Source: Eledone cirrhosa (taxonomy: Eukaryota). From it: a DNA stretch of 64,000 bases. Shown here piece by piece: positions 36,225 through 49,340 of the stretch. The notes under the pieces are model-generated. The model made no database searches. It was given only the letters and a program-made list of their open reading frames with translations, and was not told the origin of the DNA. Location of the stretch: the NCBI GenBank assembly GCA_964016885.1, contig OZ024743.1, positions 169,818,001 to 169,882,000 on the forward strand, given 5' to 3'. The stretch's first letter is position 1. The number at the start of each line of letters is the position of its first letter. Both the position numbers and the translations under genes were made by a program.

Positions 36225-39085
36225 AGACTAAAATCCAAAGAGGGCTCGATAAGGATAAATAAATATCAGATATATAAGAACCATAAAGCAAATATTTATT
36301 AAAATAAAAGATTAAAGTTTAAGCAAAGAATCGTTGCTTTCACCCTTAACGGGATCTTCTGAAACTAAAAAAGTCAATCTGTGAACGCAGAAGTAAATAT
36401 TTAAAAAAACGTTGCAACCGAAGGAAGACAGGAAGACGATACTTTGGTTCGTGGAAACGTTCCCTGGCAAAGAACGGGAAAAAAATGAGGATAATACGTC
36501 ATTATTTGGTGCAGTGAAATCAATTACACGCAAAGACAAAACCACGTTTATGGAATAAATGAAATCGTAGACTAATATTCTATTAGGTGCTTCATGGAGA
36601 CGTTCTCTGGCAATGAGCGGAAAAAACGAAGATAATACGTCATTATGTGGAGCAATGAGAACAATTATACGCAAAGACAAAACCACGTAAATGGTATAAC
36701 TGAAGTCGTAGACTAAAATTCTCTTTAGGAAACCGAATGATTCTCGGCTTCAGAGTAAAGAATAAAGTAAATAAAATACAGAGGTAATTGAAATTAAAAA
36801 TATATACATACACACATCCATATACGTACATACACAAGCATATGCGAAAACACTCCCCATGGGTATGCAAATACAAGCACGTACACACAAAAAAAAAGAA
36901 AACACACACACGCACATACAGAACCCGAGCAACGCCTGTACCGCACACATACGAACGTATACTCCAAATACACATAACAATAAATAAATAAAAACATATA
37001 TATACACGTGTGTATGTGCGTGTATACATAATTAAATAAACGTATATAAATATACACACATAAATACGTATACAACGCGCGCACACACACACACCTACAT
37101 CTAAAGACACATATGTTCGCGGACGTATGTCAACCAAAACACAAAGTACACATATACACACACCCAACATACATGCGAAACGGCAACACAGACAAAAAAC
37201 TCACGTATCCACATAACCAAATGAACATGTACCAGTATATATAATATATACGCCAAAAACATATACAAGCAAATATACGTACGAGAAAGTATACGTACCT
37301 TCACAAAACATACAGGTAATATATACTTACCTATACGAATAAGTAATGGTATTAACATAACATATACTGAGCTACCACATCAAGACGTAAATTATCCGCG
37401 TATTGTTCGTACTATCCATTAGGGTATAATATGGGGCTGTAATACAGGAAAGTTTTGTGCAATTTATGTTTACAAGCCGAAATTGCCTCAGATTTTTTGT
37501 TTAAGATGTGGTCTTTGGCGTAGAGTATTTCCAGGGCCTCAGCGGCGCAGAGGTCACATGGTCTTTTATTTCCGGTATATGATTTAGCCTTAGCTAGGAT
37601 CTCCCAGTGTAACTTATATTGAGTGTTGTTGTCTTTAAGACTCCAGATATAAGCTGAAAGTGACGTCATATTCATTCTTAAAGGGTTAACAAAAGAATGG
37701 GTATGCATCTAAAGACGTTGCTTGAATCTATTGGTGGTTAACCCTATGTAGGCCCTATGGGACGTGGGTGTTTCAACCTTACATTTGTAGACAATGTTAC
37801 TAGAGAGGCATTTCCCGGATAGGGGGCAGTCAACCCGATTCCTACAATTACAGTTAGTACTAGCTACAGGCTTGCACGTGTTCCCACGGCTAGGTAATCT
37901 AGCTAAATTTGAAGCTGTGATATTATGTGCAAGGTTAGGAGTCGTAGAGTAAGAAATTTTAATGGTATTTCTATTAAAAATGTTACTATATTTATGTGCT
38001 GAGGGGGGGGGGAGTGCTTCGTAATAAGGGAGAGAAAGATCTTAGCTAAAGGTGTGGCCACCTCCAAGAGCTTCATTGCAATATGTGGAATGATCGTTGA
38101 AAATAGACGGGAAAGCCTCAAAGAAACGTTTCTTACCAGGTTCTTGGTTATGCTGGCATGATGGTTAGAATGCTTACTTATGTAATTAAGCGTATCATTC
38201 GGCTTTCTATACTGGTAGTGCAAGCCATTCGACAAATCGAGGATAATGTCAAGGTAATTAACGGCTGATAGGTTGGCCTCAACCTGTATGGAGAAGTTGA
38301 AGCCTTTAAAGAAGGCTGTGATTTCTTTTCTGTCGCAAGCACGTGGGCCGCACTTTGTCATGGTCAAAAGACCGTCATCACGGTACAAACCACCGCCCAT
38401 GTTGGGGAATTCTTCTTTGATAGAGAAAAGAAGGAAAAGGCCGATAAGATCAGTAACCTCCACAGAATTGCTGGCGCCCATACTCACGTCGAATGGGGTA
38501 CTATTAGATTTTTTATTCCAAATAGAGTCGTCGAAATTAATCACCGACTTACGGGCATTGAGGATGGCATCAACTTCGAAATCCTTAAACACTGTGAGTG
38601 TTTTAGCGAAATTGATAGCTCTAAGGAGAAGTGGTAAAGTGATGGAGGAGTAGTAATTATTTATGTCGAATTGGATAAAACGGCAATGTTCCTTGTTGTA
38701 TATGCCGTTGAACCAATCAATCACCGTGAAAGAATTGTTCCACAGTGCAAGAGGGGCCAAACTTCTAATTTCAGGTATAATCCTATCTAAAATCCTTTTA
38801 CTAAGTCTACATAAATTGGACTTCGTAGGGTTAATAAGCCGAATAGAGGGGTAGTTCGGGAAATTGGATTTGTGATCCTTCAGGGTAAAGTGGGGAGAAA
38901 GAGGGGTCCAGAGGTTCAGCCCGGTCCAGGATGTTGAGATCAGAGGTGATATTAAACCCAGCATCGTTTTTTGAAATATTTACTTCTGCGTTCACAGATT
39001 GACTTTTTTAGTTTCAGAAGATCCCATTAAGGGTGAAAGCAGCGATTCTTTGCTTAAACTTTAATCTGTTATTTTAATAAATTAA
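36225..39085 (-). mobile_element. Penelope-like element (Naiad-like) with an inverted pLTR copy, in (TA)n
   Basis: Motifs TLKDHK..RLINPTKS, QFDINNYYSSI, MGA, GLYRDDGL, NYLD, NTIKISYSTTPN, CNC..CPL..CL..IVYKC, YIGLTTNRFKQR and CDLC. 36295-36415 is the inverse of 38960-39082. The Naiad assignment is an inference. Confidence 0.85.
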
Positions 39086-39099
39086 TATATATATATATT

Positions 39100-39270
39100 T
39101 ATTTATTTCACATAGAAATTACTTCTACAGCACTAGAACTGTTTCATTCATAAGAAATCATCAGGGAGATTCCTAATAATTTCATAAAAATGAAACAGTT
39201 CTAGTTCTGTAGAAATCAGTTCTATATAATATAAAAAATCCCTATGCTCTACCAATGTATTGAATAGTTT
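39100..39270. mobile_element. Fold-back pLTR-like relic with hammerhead core (family A)
   Basis: Minus strand reads CTGATGA-tttc-ttat-gaat-GAAAC at 39141-39164. A mutated sense copy follows immediately. Confidence 0.65.
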
Positions 39271-39571
39271 TTTATAATTGTGATACCCCCCCCCCCCCCC
39301 CAACTGACACAAATCTGGGAATCTACATATTGTATATATATATATTAAGGAGAATATAAACGTGACCGTGATGCCTCAGCTAGGTGTTGAGGTCGTGGTA
39401 CCCATTTTGCTCCTTCCCATGCATAGAGTACTACTCTGATTTGTGGCACCATAGACTCTCTCTCTTACTTTCTCCCCCCCCCCCTATCTCCTTCTCTTTC
39501 TTTCTGCCCTCTCCCCCTCTCTTTCTCTCACTCTCTTTCCCCCCTCTTTCTCTCTCTCTCTATATATATAT

Positions 39572-40463
39572 AAACAAGAAGTGTAAGCCAATAGGGTAAA
39601 ATTAACTTCGTTTATTCACATTCGCTGCTATATATATTTCAGTGAGAGTCATTATTCAACAGCTATGACCTATTCAGGCAGTAAGTACTTGAACAGAAAC
39701 AAAACAGGGAAACATGATGTTGTAATGGATTTTACCTTGTTAATTCATTGATATGCTCAGCTCCAGGGTGTGGTGTTAGTCCTCTAAGGAACTGAAAGCA
39801 TATGCTTTCAGTTCCTTAGAGGACTAACAACACACTTGCAATACTGCAGCATGTGTACAGAGATGAGACGATGTCATGTACACGGGCTTTTAAGTGGCAC
39901 AAAAGGTTCAAAGAAGGACACGAGGATGTGGAAGGCAACCGTTGGAGCAGAAGGCCTTCAATAAGAAGGACTGTGACCAATGTTGAGCGAATGAGGCAGG
40001 TGGTGTGTGGTGATCATCGGCTGACTGTTCAACTGATCACAAGTGAGCTGGGCATGAACTGCGAAATTGTTTGGAAGATTATCACCGAAGATTAGGGTAT
40101 GTGGAAGATCTGCGCGAAGATGGTGCCGAAGCTGCTGAACAATGATCATAAAGAATGGCGAATCCTCCAGCATCTTGAAACTGAACCAGACTTGCTGGGG
40201 AGAGTAATCACCAGTGATGAGTCATGGATCTTTGAGTACAACCCGTTTACCAGATGGAGAAGCCATCAAGAGGGCCATGATGATGGAGCTGTGGAGAAAT
40301 CCAGGAGGATCGTTCCAAGTGTGCTTGGAGGTATGGTGGAGAAGAATGGGAAAGTGAGTTAGACTTGAAGGGGATTATTTCGAAGGGGAAAACTTGTAGT
40401 TTGTAATTAGAATATATATTTCTTTTGTGAACCCAGTCCTATTTCCTTTCTGACACAGCTTGT
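39572..40463 (+). mobile_element. Mariner (Mos1-like) relic, internally deleted
   Basis: HTH region FKWHKRFKEGHEDVE..RPS, KICAKMVPKLL (WVPHEL-like) and ITSDESWIFEYNP. Right end ..ctgacacagcttgta. The left TIR is degraded. Confidence 0.82.
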
Positions 40464-40596
40464 ATATATATATAGGTTGTTTTATCCCCTAACTCCTGAT
40501 GGAGTCTTAGGAGCACCATGTTTGCATACAACATTTCTTGTACATATTTAAGCCTGGTGAAACCCAACCCTCTCCAGGCCTAGAAATATATATATA

Positions 40597-41090
40597 CTAG
40601 CCGAATTACCCGCGCCTTGCTGCGTTTCACACATTTGTTTTGTAAGAAAATGATGATTGATTTTAAATCAGTGATATAATTTATGGAGAAAAACTCTACA
40701 TTTCAATATTTCTCAATGTAAAATGTAATGCAGGAAAAATTGGAAAACATTATTTTTTGTAATATATCAAATCAAAATTACATTATTGAATCTTATTCTT
40801 ATTTTGTTTCTTGTAAATAATTTTTTTCAAAATATCAATTCAAAACTTTTGTGAATAGGCATCATATCTTGTCATTGACCTATGGTTTAAATTTCATATA
40901 AATCGAAGGGCAGGGGTTTGTAGCAGGGGTTTGAGCCCCAGGGAACCTTTTGATTAAAATGAAATATACGTAAGAAATCAAATGGGCATGAACCCCACAC
41001 ACGTGTTAAGTTTCATCAAGATCGGTTTGGTAGTTTTTGAATTTTAGGTTCACAAAGAAACAAGCAGACAGAAATTGCCATTTATGTATA
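40597..41090 (-). mobile_element. Non-autonomous Helitron-like element
   Basis: Minus-strand 3' end reads acgcagcaaggcgcgggtaattcggCTAG|T (GC hairpin plus CTAG). The 5' end is tatacatataaatggcaatttctgtctg-like. Confidence 0.65.
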
Positions 41091-41092
41091 TA

Positions 41093-43510
41093 CATCATCA
41101 TCATCACCGTTTTACGTCTGTTCTTCCACACTAGCATGGGTTAGACGGATTGTCCTGTTGTGGGCAGTGTTCTGTCGGCTGACCTTGTCTTGCTCATACG
41201 GGAACTGATTCTGGCTAGATTTCTACAGCTGGATGCCCTTCCTAACACCAACCTCATTTTCAGCGAGTGCTGCATGCTTTTCTCCGTGGTGCCTACACGT
41301 CCACTTTACAGTGTGGGCTGGGTGCGTTTTTGCCATGGCACCTCTACGACCACTTTGCAGTGCGAGAGTGTGGGGGTATATTGTCTATATGCTTCAGCTT
41401 CGGCTTGTAGCTGTGGGAAGTTGCGTCTTCTGTATTACTGCGTGACGCCAGAGGTAACGGTCGTGTGTCATCACCTTTGAGAGGTGCAATTGGGTAAGGT
41501 CGGCTTTTATCACCTCATCCCTGGTCTTCTTGGGTCTCCCCACTCCGCGACTTCCATCACATGTCCATATCCACGCACCCTCCTCTCCTGCACACAGCAT
41601 TTGATTCCTCTTATGCTTAGTCTCTCTCTCAATTCGTTTATGCTTTACTGTTCACGTATATTACTATTACACATCCAGTGGAGCATGCAGGCTTCGTTTC
41701 TTTCTAATCTACGTAAGTCTTCTATAGACAGCGCCCAGGTCTCACTACCATGTAACATTGCTGTTCGTATACATGCAACATACAATCTGCCTTTCATTTT
41801 GAGGGAAGAGCCTTTTGCAGTTAGCAGTGGCAGTATCCCCTTGAATTTCTTCCATCCCGTTCTTACCCTAGTTATTGAACTTTCCGAACACCCATCTCCG
41901 CTGCTAATTCGGTCACCTAGGTAGCAGAAGTTGTCTACTGTTTCTACAGAGCCCTCCCACAGTTTAGTGGTGCTTGTTTCCTGTGGCCATTTGCTGCTTG
42001 CTGTCCCAGCGCAGCTGCTACATGTGAAGCCTACATTCTTAGTTAAACTTCCTGATATCCCACTACATCTCTTGTGTACCCATTGTTTGCATTTGGGGCG
42101 GAGGAATGAATTTCTACCTCCACCTCTCCTACATACTGAGCAAGGCCATTCCCCTGAGGAGATCTGGGCTCTGTTTTCTCGCCTACTTACAAGGACCTTA
42201 GTCTTTGTCAGGTTGACTTTGAGACCCTTTCTTTCTAGTCCCTGCTTCCATGTTTGGAATTTCTTCTCTAGTTCTACCATAGATTCAGCTATAAGTACGA
42301 GGTCATCCGCATACAGGAGTTCCCATGGGCATCCGGTCTTAAAGTCCTCCGTTATTGCCCGCAAAACTATGATGAAAAGGAGAGGGCTAAGAACAGAGCC
42401 CTGGTGGACACCGACCTGTATGCTAAATTCCTCACTATAGTCATTGCTAATCCTAACTTTCCTGACTGCTCCCCTATACATGGCTTGTACAGCTTTCACA
42501 AGCCATTCATTTACTCCTAGTTTTCTAAGAGCCCACCAGATTATAGCACGGGGGACTCTGTCGAAGGCTATTTCCAGATCGATGAATGCCAGGTAGAGTG
42601 GCTTACTTTTAGCTAGGTACTTTTCCTGTAACTGCCTCACAAGGAAGAGGGCATCAGTGGTGCCTTTTCCTGGCACAAACCCAAATTGCATTCATCTAGT
42701 TTTACCTGGTCCCTACTCAACTGTGCTATAACTCTTTCCGTTACTTTCATGACCTGGTCCATCAGCTTTATACCTCTATAGTTTCCTTTATCTAGTGCAT
42801 CACCTTTACCCTTGTAGCAGTTGACAAGGATGCTGCTGCACCAATCCTATGGTATGACACCTAGTATTACCTGGTTAACAATACGTGTGGTTATGGTGTG
42901 ACCTACAGACCCAGATGCCTTCAGCATCTCGGCAGCTATACCCGATGGACCGATTGCCTTCCCCATCTTCATATCTTTGATTGCCTTACTTACTACGCTG
43001 CTGCTGACTTGCACTGCTGGCCCCTCTATAGAGTCTACTTGGGGTAGGGTCTCTTTTTCCCATGCATTCACCTCATTTAGTAATCTTTCATAATGGCTCT
43101 TCCACGCATCTTTCTTCTCAGCACTTGTGAGGACAAGCTCACCTTTATTATTCCAGATACACTACTCTCCAATGACATCACAATTCTCTCTGACACTGCC
43201 TCGTAATCTTGAACACCTCTTGTTTCTGGTCCTCACGTTGCAAAACATGCTTGAATTTTCTATCCTCCGCCTCCCTTCTAGCTAAGTATACTTATCGCCT
43301 AGCTTCCCTCCTGGTCTCTATGTAATGTACCCTACTTCTCCTGTTCTTCCATTCTTTCCATGCCTATCTCTTAGCCTTAACTGCCTCATCTACCTTATTG
43401 TTCCACCACCAAGTCACTCTCCTCCTCCCTGTGGTCTTGCTCCAAGCACAGATTTCGTCCGTCACCTCTAGTAAGTTATTTTTTAGGAACTCCCAGTGCT
43501 CTTCTACATT
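41093..43510 (-). mobile_element. 5'-truncated RTE-type LINE (same family as 28056-30226)
   Basis: ORFs 41645-42691 and 42847-43071 are highly similar to the plus-strand copy. (GAT)n tail at about 41093-41106. Confidence 0.92.
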
Positions 43511-43532
43511 ATATATATATATATTTATTTAT

Positions 43533-43970
43533 ATCATCAGCATCATCATCATCACTGTTTAATGTCAATTTTCCATGCTAGCATGGGCTAGACAAGTTTT
43601 GTACTGTGTTCTTTTTGTCGTGACACCTACACGACCACGTTACAGTGTATGCTGGGGACTTTGGTTGGGGAGATGTGTTAGGATATGGGTGGTGGGCATA
43701 AGGGTATGGGAGGGGGCTGTCACCTTCAAGACCACTTTACATTGTGGGCTGGGGACTTTGGTGGGGGAGGTGTGTGGTGATTAGGGAGATGGGTATGGGG
43801 ACATGCTGGATGTGGGAATGAAGGTGAAGGTGGTGCATATTAGCTGTGTTTCATCCTGTGCTCATGGGAAGCCAGGTCTTCTGTATTACTGCACATCACC
43901 AGAGATCTTGAGTCTGTGTCAGCCTTTGAGAGGTGCAATTATGCAATGTCAGCTTTTATCACTTCATCAT
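43533..43970 (-). mobile_element. Diverged RTE-type LINE 3' end
   Basis: (cat)n tail, ccatgctagcatggg and the C-terminal coding remnant ctgtattactgc..ctttgagaggtgcaatt. Confidence 0.7.
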
Positions 43971-44063
43971 ATATCTATACTATAATAAAGGGAAGAGTGC
44001 AGGACTGTGTCCTTTTTATTATTTTTTATCCTGTTAGTAAAATAAGTTGGATTACTTTGAATA

Positions 44064-44246
44064 AATAATTGTTTCTATTTTTGGCACAAGGCCAGCAATT
44101 ACCCAGTACATTACTGGTACTTTATTTTATCGACCCCGTAACGATGAAAGGCAAAGTTAACCTCGGCGGGATTTGAACTCAGATCATAAAGGGACGTAAC
44201 TACATGCTTCAAAGCATGGTGTCCGACTCTCTACCGATACTGCCAA
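44064..44246 (-). mobile_element. tRNA-derived SINE (Meta-like core)
   Basis: Near full-length reverse copy. Confidence 0.9.
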
Positions 44247-44929
44247 TTATGTAATCTATGTACTAAATTTTGTAGCTCTTTATTAAACATAAATAATTTT
44301 ATGTATAGTGTATTCACTTTCAAATTTCAACTTCCATTATATCACCACCACCACTACCACTTCAACTACTATATATATAGACAGAACGAGAAAGAAAGAG
44401 AGAGAGATTATGTGTGTGAAGAGAGAGATACAGACAGATAGAGTGACTATGTGATAGATATATATATAGAGAGAGAGTAAAAGAGAAAGATGAAGAGATT
44501 AGGATTATTTTCAACACGCTGCTCTGTATGTGTGTGTGTGTATGTGCATATACGTACATTTATATGTATGAGTATAAGTATGTATACGTACATACATATA
44601 TGTATACAGACCTACAGTAGTATGTATATACATACATGCTCACATATATATATATGTACGTATGGGTTTACCGAACATTTATTATAATGTTCAGTTTGTT
44701 TGTAAACAAACAGCCTGGATTAAGTGTTCGGCAACCATCGTTGCCCTTTTGTTCAACACTGACAAAGGAACGATGAACTAGTTTCTAGCTTATTAGCTGT
44801 CATCAGCACTGTATACCTTCCTGTCAGTTGATTGAATGTCTGAAAGTATATACTTTCCTTATGCATATTAACGGCTGAGCAGCCTAATTTGCATATCGAG
44901 TGAGTTAGTCAGCCGGGTGTACCGAAAAT

Positions 44930-45090
44930 GCAATTACTCAGTGCATTACTGGTACTTATTTTATCGACCCCATAAGGAAGAAAGGTAAAGTTAACCTCAG
45001 CGGGATTTTAACTCAGAATGGCAAGAGCCGTAACTCTATGCATCAAAGCATAGCGTCCGACCCTCTACCGATATTGCCAATCCACCGCCC
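44930..45090 (-). mobile_element. tRNA-derived SINE (Meta-like core), 3'-truncated
   Basis: Head and core match the family. Confidence 0.85.
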
Positions 45091-45523
45091 TTTAATAATA
45101 CTTTTAATATAAACCTTTAATAATGCTTTTCAGTAGGGTTATGTGATGATACACATCTGAACTTAAAAGTTCCTATCTATGTGGAAATAAACCACTTTTT
45201 TTGAAAAGCTATTTAAGTTTTGAAATTTCTTTAAATTTTCTTCAGTTATCAAGCATAAGCACGCGAATACATGTAAAGCATTTCCGTTATTAAGATGAAG
45301 TAAATAGCACTTTAATTTTAAGAAAAGAAAGTCGAAAGTAACTTTAAAATACAAGAACATCGTCATCGTTACGTAATAGCGCTTGTTCTCGAGGACATAA
45401 AAAATAATTTGTTCTCAGAATATTTTGATTTTTCAGTCATTGATACCAACATTCTTATTAATTACTGTAGGCAAACAAATATTTATGACTGCCCTGTAAC
45501 AAATTTGCTCAGAATTGTTCTCC

Positions 45524-45994
45524 TTATGCCCTCTTAAAAATCGGACTCAGTTTTGCAAGGACCTGTATGGCACATTGATGCTGTAATGCAATGTGGATGC
45601 AATCAGCTTGTGAACTCACCTGCTCCAATCTTGCTTGCTCTGTCTGTGCTGCTCTCCTGCCTTCGGCACAGGACCTCAGTTGCTGAAGGCAAGACTGGCG
45701 CTTCTCTTGAGACTTGTCTGATCGAATTGCTCTTGCATGAGTCCTCAGTTGCTGAAGGCGAGACTGGCGCTTCTCTTGAGACTGGGCTGATCGAATGGCT
45801 CTTGCATGAGTCCTCAGTTGCTGAAGGCGAGACTGGTGATCCTCTTGAGGCTTGCCTGCTTGACTGGCTCTTGCATGAGTCCTCAGCTGCTGAAGGCGAC
45901 GTTCATGATCATCTTCAGACTCTGCTGCTCTAGTAACATTTTTTCTTCTGGAAAATCGGATCTTGCTGCCAGGCCGCGACGTTTTGGGTGGCAT
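45524..45994 (-). CDS. Short ORF (MPPK start) with four 23-aa STPR-like repeats; probably the N-terminus of a Helitron protein
   Basis: 69-bp tandem units encode RLQQLRTHARAxxxxxxQExxQS. TATATAAA lies about 45 bp upstream of the ATG, with CCAAT boxes further upstream. Confidence 0.5.
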   Translation of the reverse strand: MPPKTSRPGSKIRFSRRKNVTRAAESEDDHERRLQQLRTHARASQAGKPQEDHQSRLQQLRTHARAIRSAQSQEKRQSRLQQLRTHARAIRSDKSQEKRQSCLQQLRSCAEGRRAAQTEQARLEQVSSQADCIHIALQHQCAIQVLAKLSPIFKRA

Positions 45995-46035
45995 ATCGAC
46001 AGTAACAATGATTGTTCGAACAGGGTCATGTTTGC

Positions 46036-46132
46036 TCTTTATATAGGTCTTATTCAGGGGAGGATGACGCATAGAAATCGAATAACCAATCAAGTTATGA
46101 GGGGTCAATTATGATTGATAGTGATTGGCTTC
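46036..46132 (-). promoter_or_regulatory. Candidate TATA + CCAAT promoter
   Basis: Minus-strand cctatataaag at about 46037-46047 and agccaatcac at about 46121-46130. Plus-strand aaccaatc at about 46084. Confidence 0.35.
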
Positions 46133-46739
46133 AGTCAAAAGGTCAAAGGGGGCATTGTGTTGTTTAGTGAGATTGGGGGTGCTAATCTGTATGCCGCCTA
46201 CATGGAAAGATGAGAAAGGCCAGCTCCATCCATTTCATTCAATAAATCCACATTGGCGTGTTCTACGGCATCCAGATATATATAGCTGATGTACCTAGCT
46301 TCACTTGGATAAACAGACGATAAGCCGTCTGTGTTTTCGTACAGTCGAACTAAATGTAAACAAATTGTTTGGTAGTTAACGAAATAAATACAATGTTTAT
46401 ATTTTGTTTTTGTAGTTCTGTTTTCCGATGTATTGTGTGTTTGTGTATGCAAAAATATCTGTACGCGAATATATAATTATATATATATATATATAATTAA
46501 TTAAAAGTTGGTTAGAAGCGAAGTCAATGCAGACAGGCAGACATATATTATAAGCACGCAACGTTATAGCTATGTATCTATCTAAAAAGACAGAGTAAGA
46601 AAGAGAGAGGAATGTCGTATTATATATATTATATATAATAAAGTACCAGTAATATACACCTCACTTTCTTCCTTGGAAAAAGTTACATCTATGGTGCAAA
46701 TTGGTGCGTTTGGCCAAAAGTTTGTTACATACATACATA

Positions 46740-48000
46740 AGTAGAAAAGTGGCAGTGACTTTGAAGTTTCTGCTTGGTCAATTCATCAGGCTGGTTCAGG
46801 TGGTGGAATCTTATATCCTTAAATAGGTATAGGTAGGTCTGGGTAGTAGTTTTGGTGTGTGTTTGATGGTTGATTGGTTGGTCTTAACTGGGTGTCTTAA
46901 GCATGTGTGTTGTTGTGTAAGTGTGTGTGCTTGTGTGTGTGCTTGTGAGTCTTTGGGTATTTTTAGTGTATATGTTTAAAGTGGTGGGGAATTGTATATA
47001 TGAAAGAGGGGAGTAATTTATGTAAAAAGATGGAATTGGTTTGTTGGAGAAATCAGTTGGGGGCTTAGAAGTGGTGACCTGGCTTTAATAAAAGAATTTC
47101 AGTTGTTTTCTGGTGAGGTCAAGCATTTATGTTATAGGCTTTTATACGTTTGTGATGGGTAGTTGGATTAAAAGAAATGGAGGTTGGGTCTGAAAGAAAA
47201 TGTAAAGAGTTCATATTGACATGTGCAATCATTCATATTGTGGTTGTGTGGAACAGGTCCATTGTCATGCGTTCAAGTTGGTGTGTTATTGATTCTCACA
47301 GTCTGAGCGCATGCGAGCATGGTGAAATGTTGGGCCCACTGATGCAAACAGTTCATTATTATCTCAGATTATGAGTTGATTCCATTGCCTATCAATTTTA
47401 TGATCTCCACACATTCAGATAGTCAGAGCCAGCACTCCCTACTGTCCAACATGTTTGAAGGTATATATTTTAGGATCTTCCACTTCAATTTGAAGTTCCA
47501 ATTCTTGTCCTTCAGCCACCATATACACTCAGCCAGACTTGTGGGACCTCTTGCTCATGTGTCTGAAAGAGCATGTGTGATTGTAATACCGAGAATTAAA
47601 GCCCATGTGAAACTAATACACGTGAAATCCATGTTGTTGTCTGTGAAGACTATACAACTATATACTACCACTGAGGCCTTGCAATTCTTGTTAAGTGGGC
47701 ACTCATCGGGGCCCAGTTGTTGCAATCACATCCATCAGCATTTCGGTAATAGTATGTATAGCATTGGGTGCTGGCAATGAATTGGTACTCCGAGGGGTTT
47801 GTCTTAGGGAAGTGTCTTGACCGAGGCAGCTGGTAATTGCCCACCCCCCTTTCGAGGGTGCATAGTCATCACTTGTGTACATGTTGGTTTGGGGCTCCTG
47901 AATCTTTTTACAATTCATCACCACAATTATCTCCACAAGGTTAGGCATAGTGGAGAATGAAAACTTGACTGTGTGCCTATTAAACAATCACTCATCATGA
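46740..48000 (-). mobile_element. Degraded 3' part of a second Naiad-like PLE with a hammerhead-like core
   Basis: HTVKFSFSTMPNL and CDC..ECPLNKNC..VVYSC on the minus strand. CTGATGA..GAAAC at 46766-46789 with a weak stem II. Confidence 0.6.
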
Positions 48001-48334
48001 TCAAAATACGTCTATTGCTTTCACCAAGTTATCATATAGACAAGGTTCACTCCCACTGCATTGTCTTAAATTGTCAGGCTCTAGAATTTCTTATTATCTG
48101 AACACCCTTAATGAGGGTGTCAGTTTTGAAATTGCAAGGATAATCTCAATTGTTTTAAGTTATTATCTCATGTGCCATATTCAGACTGCAAAACTCTATT
48201 CGTGTGTGTGTAGTATAGTAAAGTGTCTTTATTTTGAGCATGTTTTAATTGGTCCATATACCAAGCTATACATCATTGTGGCTTTTCAAGCAAAAAGCCT
48301 GGTACTGGATGGCACCACGATGAGGAGGTAGTAT

Positions 48335-49340
48335 ATATATATATATATATAGTTTAATAAATAAACAGAATAAAAAACAGAAAAATGAAGAGGCAGTAGA
48401 AATGATATTGGTATTAGTTTCACGCTTGAAAGTGTGTCGGTGGGGGACGACGTTTCGGACATAAGCCCTTCATCAGGAGAAAAGTGGGTAGGAAGAGAGT
48501 TCGGAGGGTGTGGGGGGGAGTGGTGGAAAGACATTTTAAAAAAAGAGGGGGGGGGGGGGGGGGGAGGAAAACAATTTTTTTAGAGAGTAAAGGAAATTTT
48601 TTTTAAATAAAATAAAAATAAAGATAAACAAGTGGTGAAAGGGTATGAGGCGTGTAGTATTATTAGTTGTGGGGTGGAGGCAGTGAAACTGAGGAGTGTG
48701 TTCGTGGGGGATGTTTGGGGGGGAGCGGTGAGCGGTCGAATTCTAAAGGAATGGGGGTGGGGAGTTCATGCCGGGAGGTGTGTGGGTCTGTAGGGTGAAG
48801 ATGGTGTGTTGCTCGACCGTAAGGCGGGTGGCGGGCGTCCATGGCATTGGATCAGGCCACAGACTGTGAAGTGGTGGGCAGAATGTTCAGAGGTGCTAAA
48901 GTGGCGGACGAGGGAGGAACTCCCGCCGAGACGAATATCGCGGAGGTACTCCATGAACCGATCCGCCAAGCAACGTCCAGTCTGTCCGACGTAGGTTGCG
49001 CTGCACTCCGTGCAGCGTAGTCCATAGATGAAGTTGGAGGAGGTGCAGCGGAAGGCGTGCCAGACAGAGAGAGAGTGGCTGTTTGGACTCTGGAAGGTGG
49101 TGGTGTTGGTGATGTGGGGGCAAGTGTGGCAGCGAGGCCTGGAGCAGGGGGGGACCGGTGGGAGAAGAACGTGGGTTGGGGGTAGGGAGCTGCGGACGAG
49201 GAGGGAGCGGAGATTACAAGGAGGGAGGTGTGGGGATGGGAAGAGGGGGGCGTCAGAAGAGGCGTAAAAGGGTGCGGTGGAGGGGTAGGGTGGAGGTGTG
49301 GTAGGTGATGGGGAAGGGGAGACGGTAATAGCAACTGACA
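48335..49340 (-). mobile_element. 3' portion of a Neptune-like PLE (Cys linker + GIY-YIG) with pLTR
   Basis: NLRSLLVRS..PCSRPRCHTCPHI..FRCTSSNFIYGLRCTECSATYVGQTGRCLADRF. Ends at (TA)n. Confidence 0.85.
48447..48480 (-). ncRNA. Minimal hammerhead ribozyme (family E)
   Basis: cCTGATGA-a-GGGC-ttat-GTCC-GAAA-cgTC: canonical core with intact stem II. Confidence 0.8.

Noticed and set aside
37400-38964. Selenoprotein-coding Naiad element
   Set aside because: The Cys positions read in the linker and GIY-YIG region use TGT/TGC, and no SECIS-like AUGA..AA..GA hairpin was seen in the 3' UTR.
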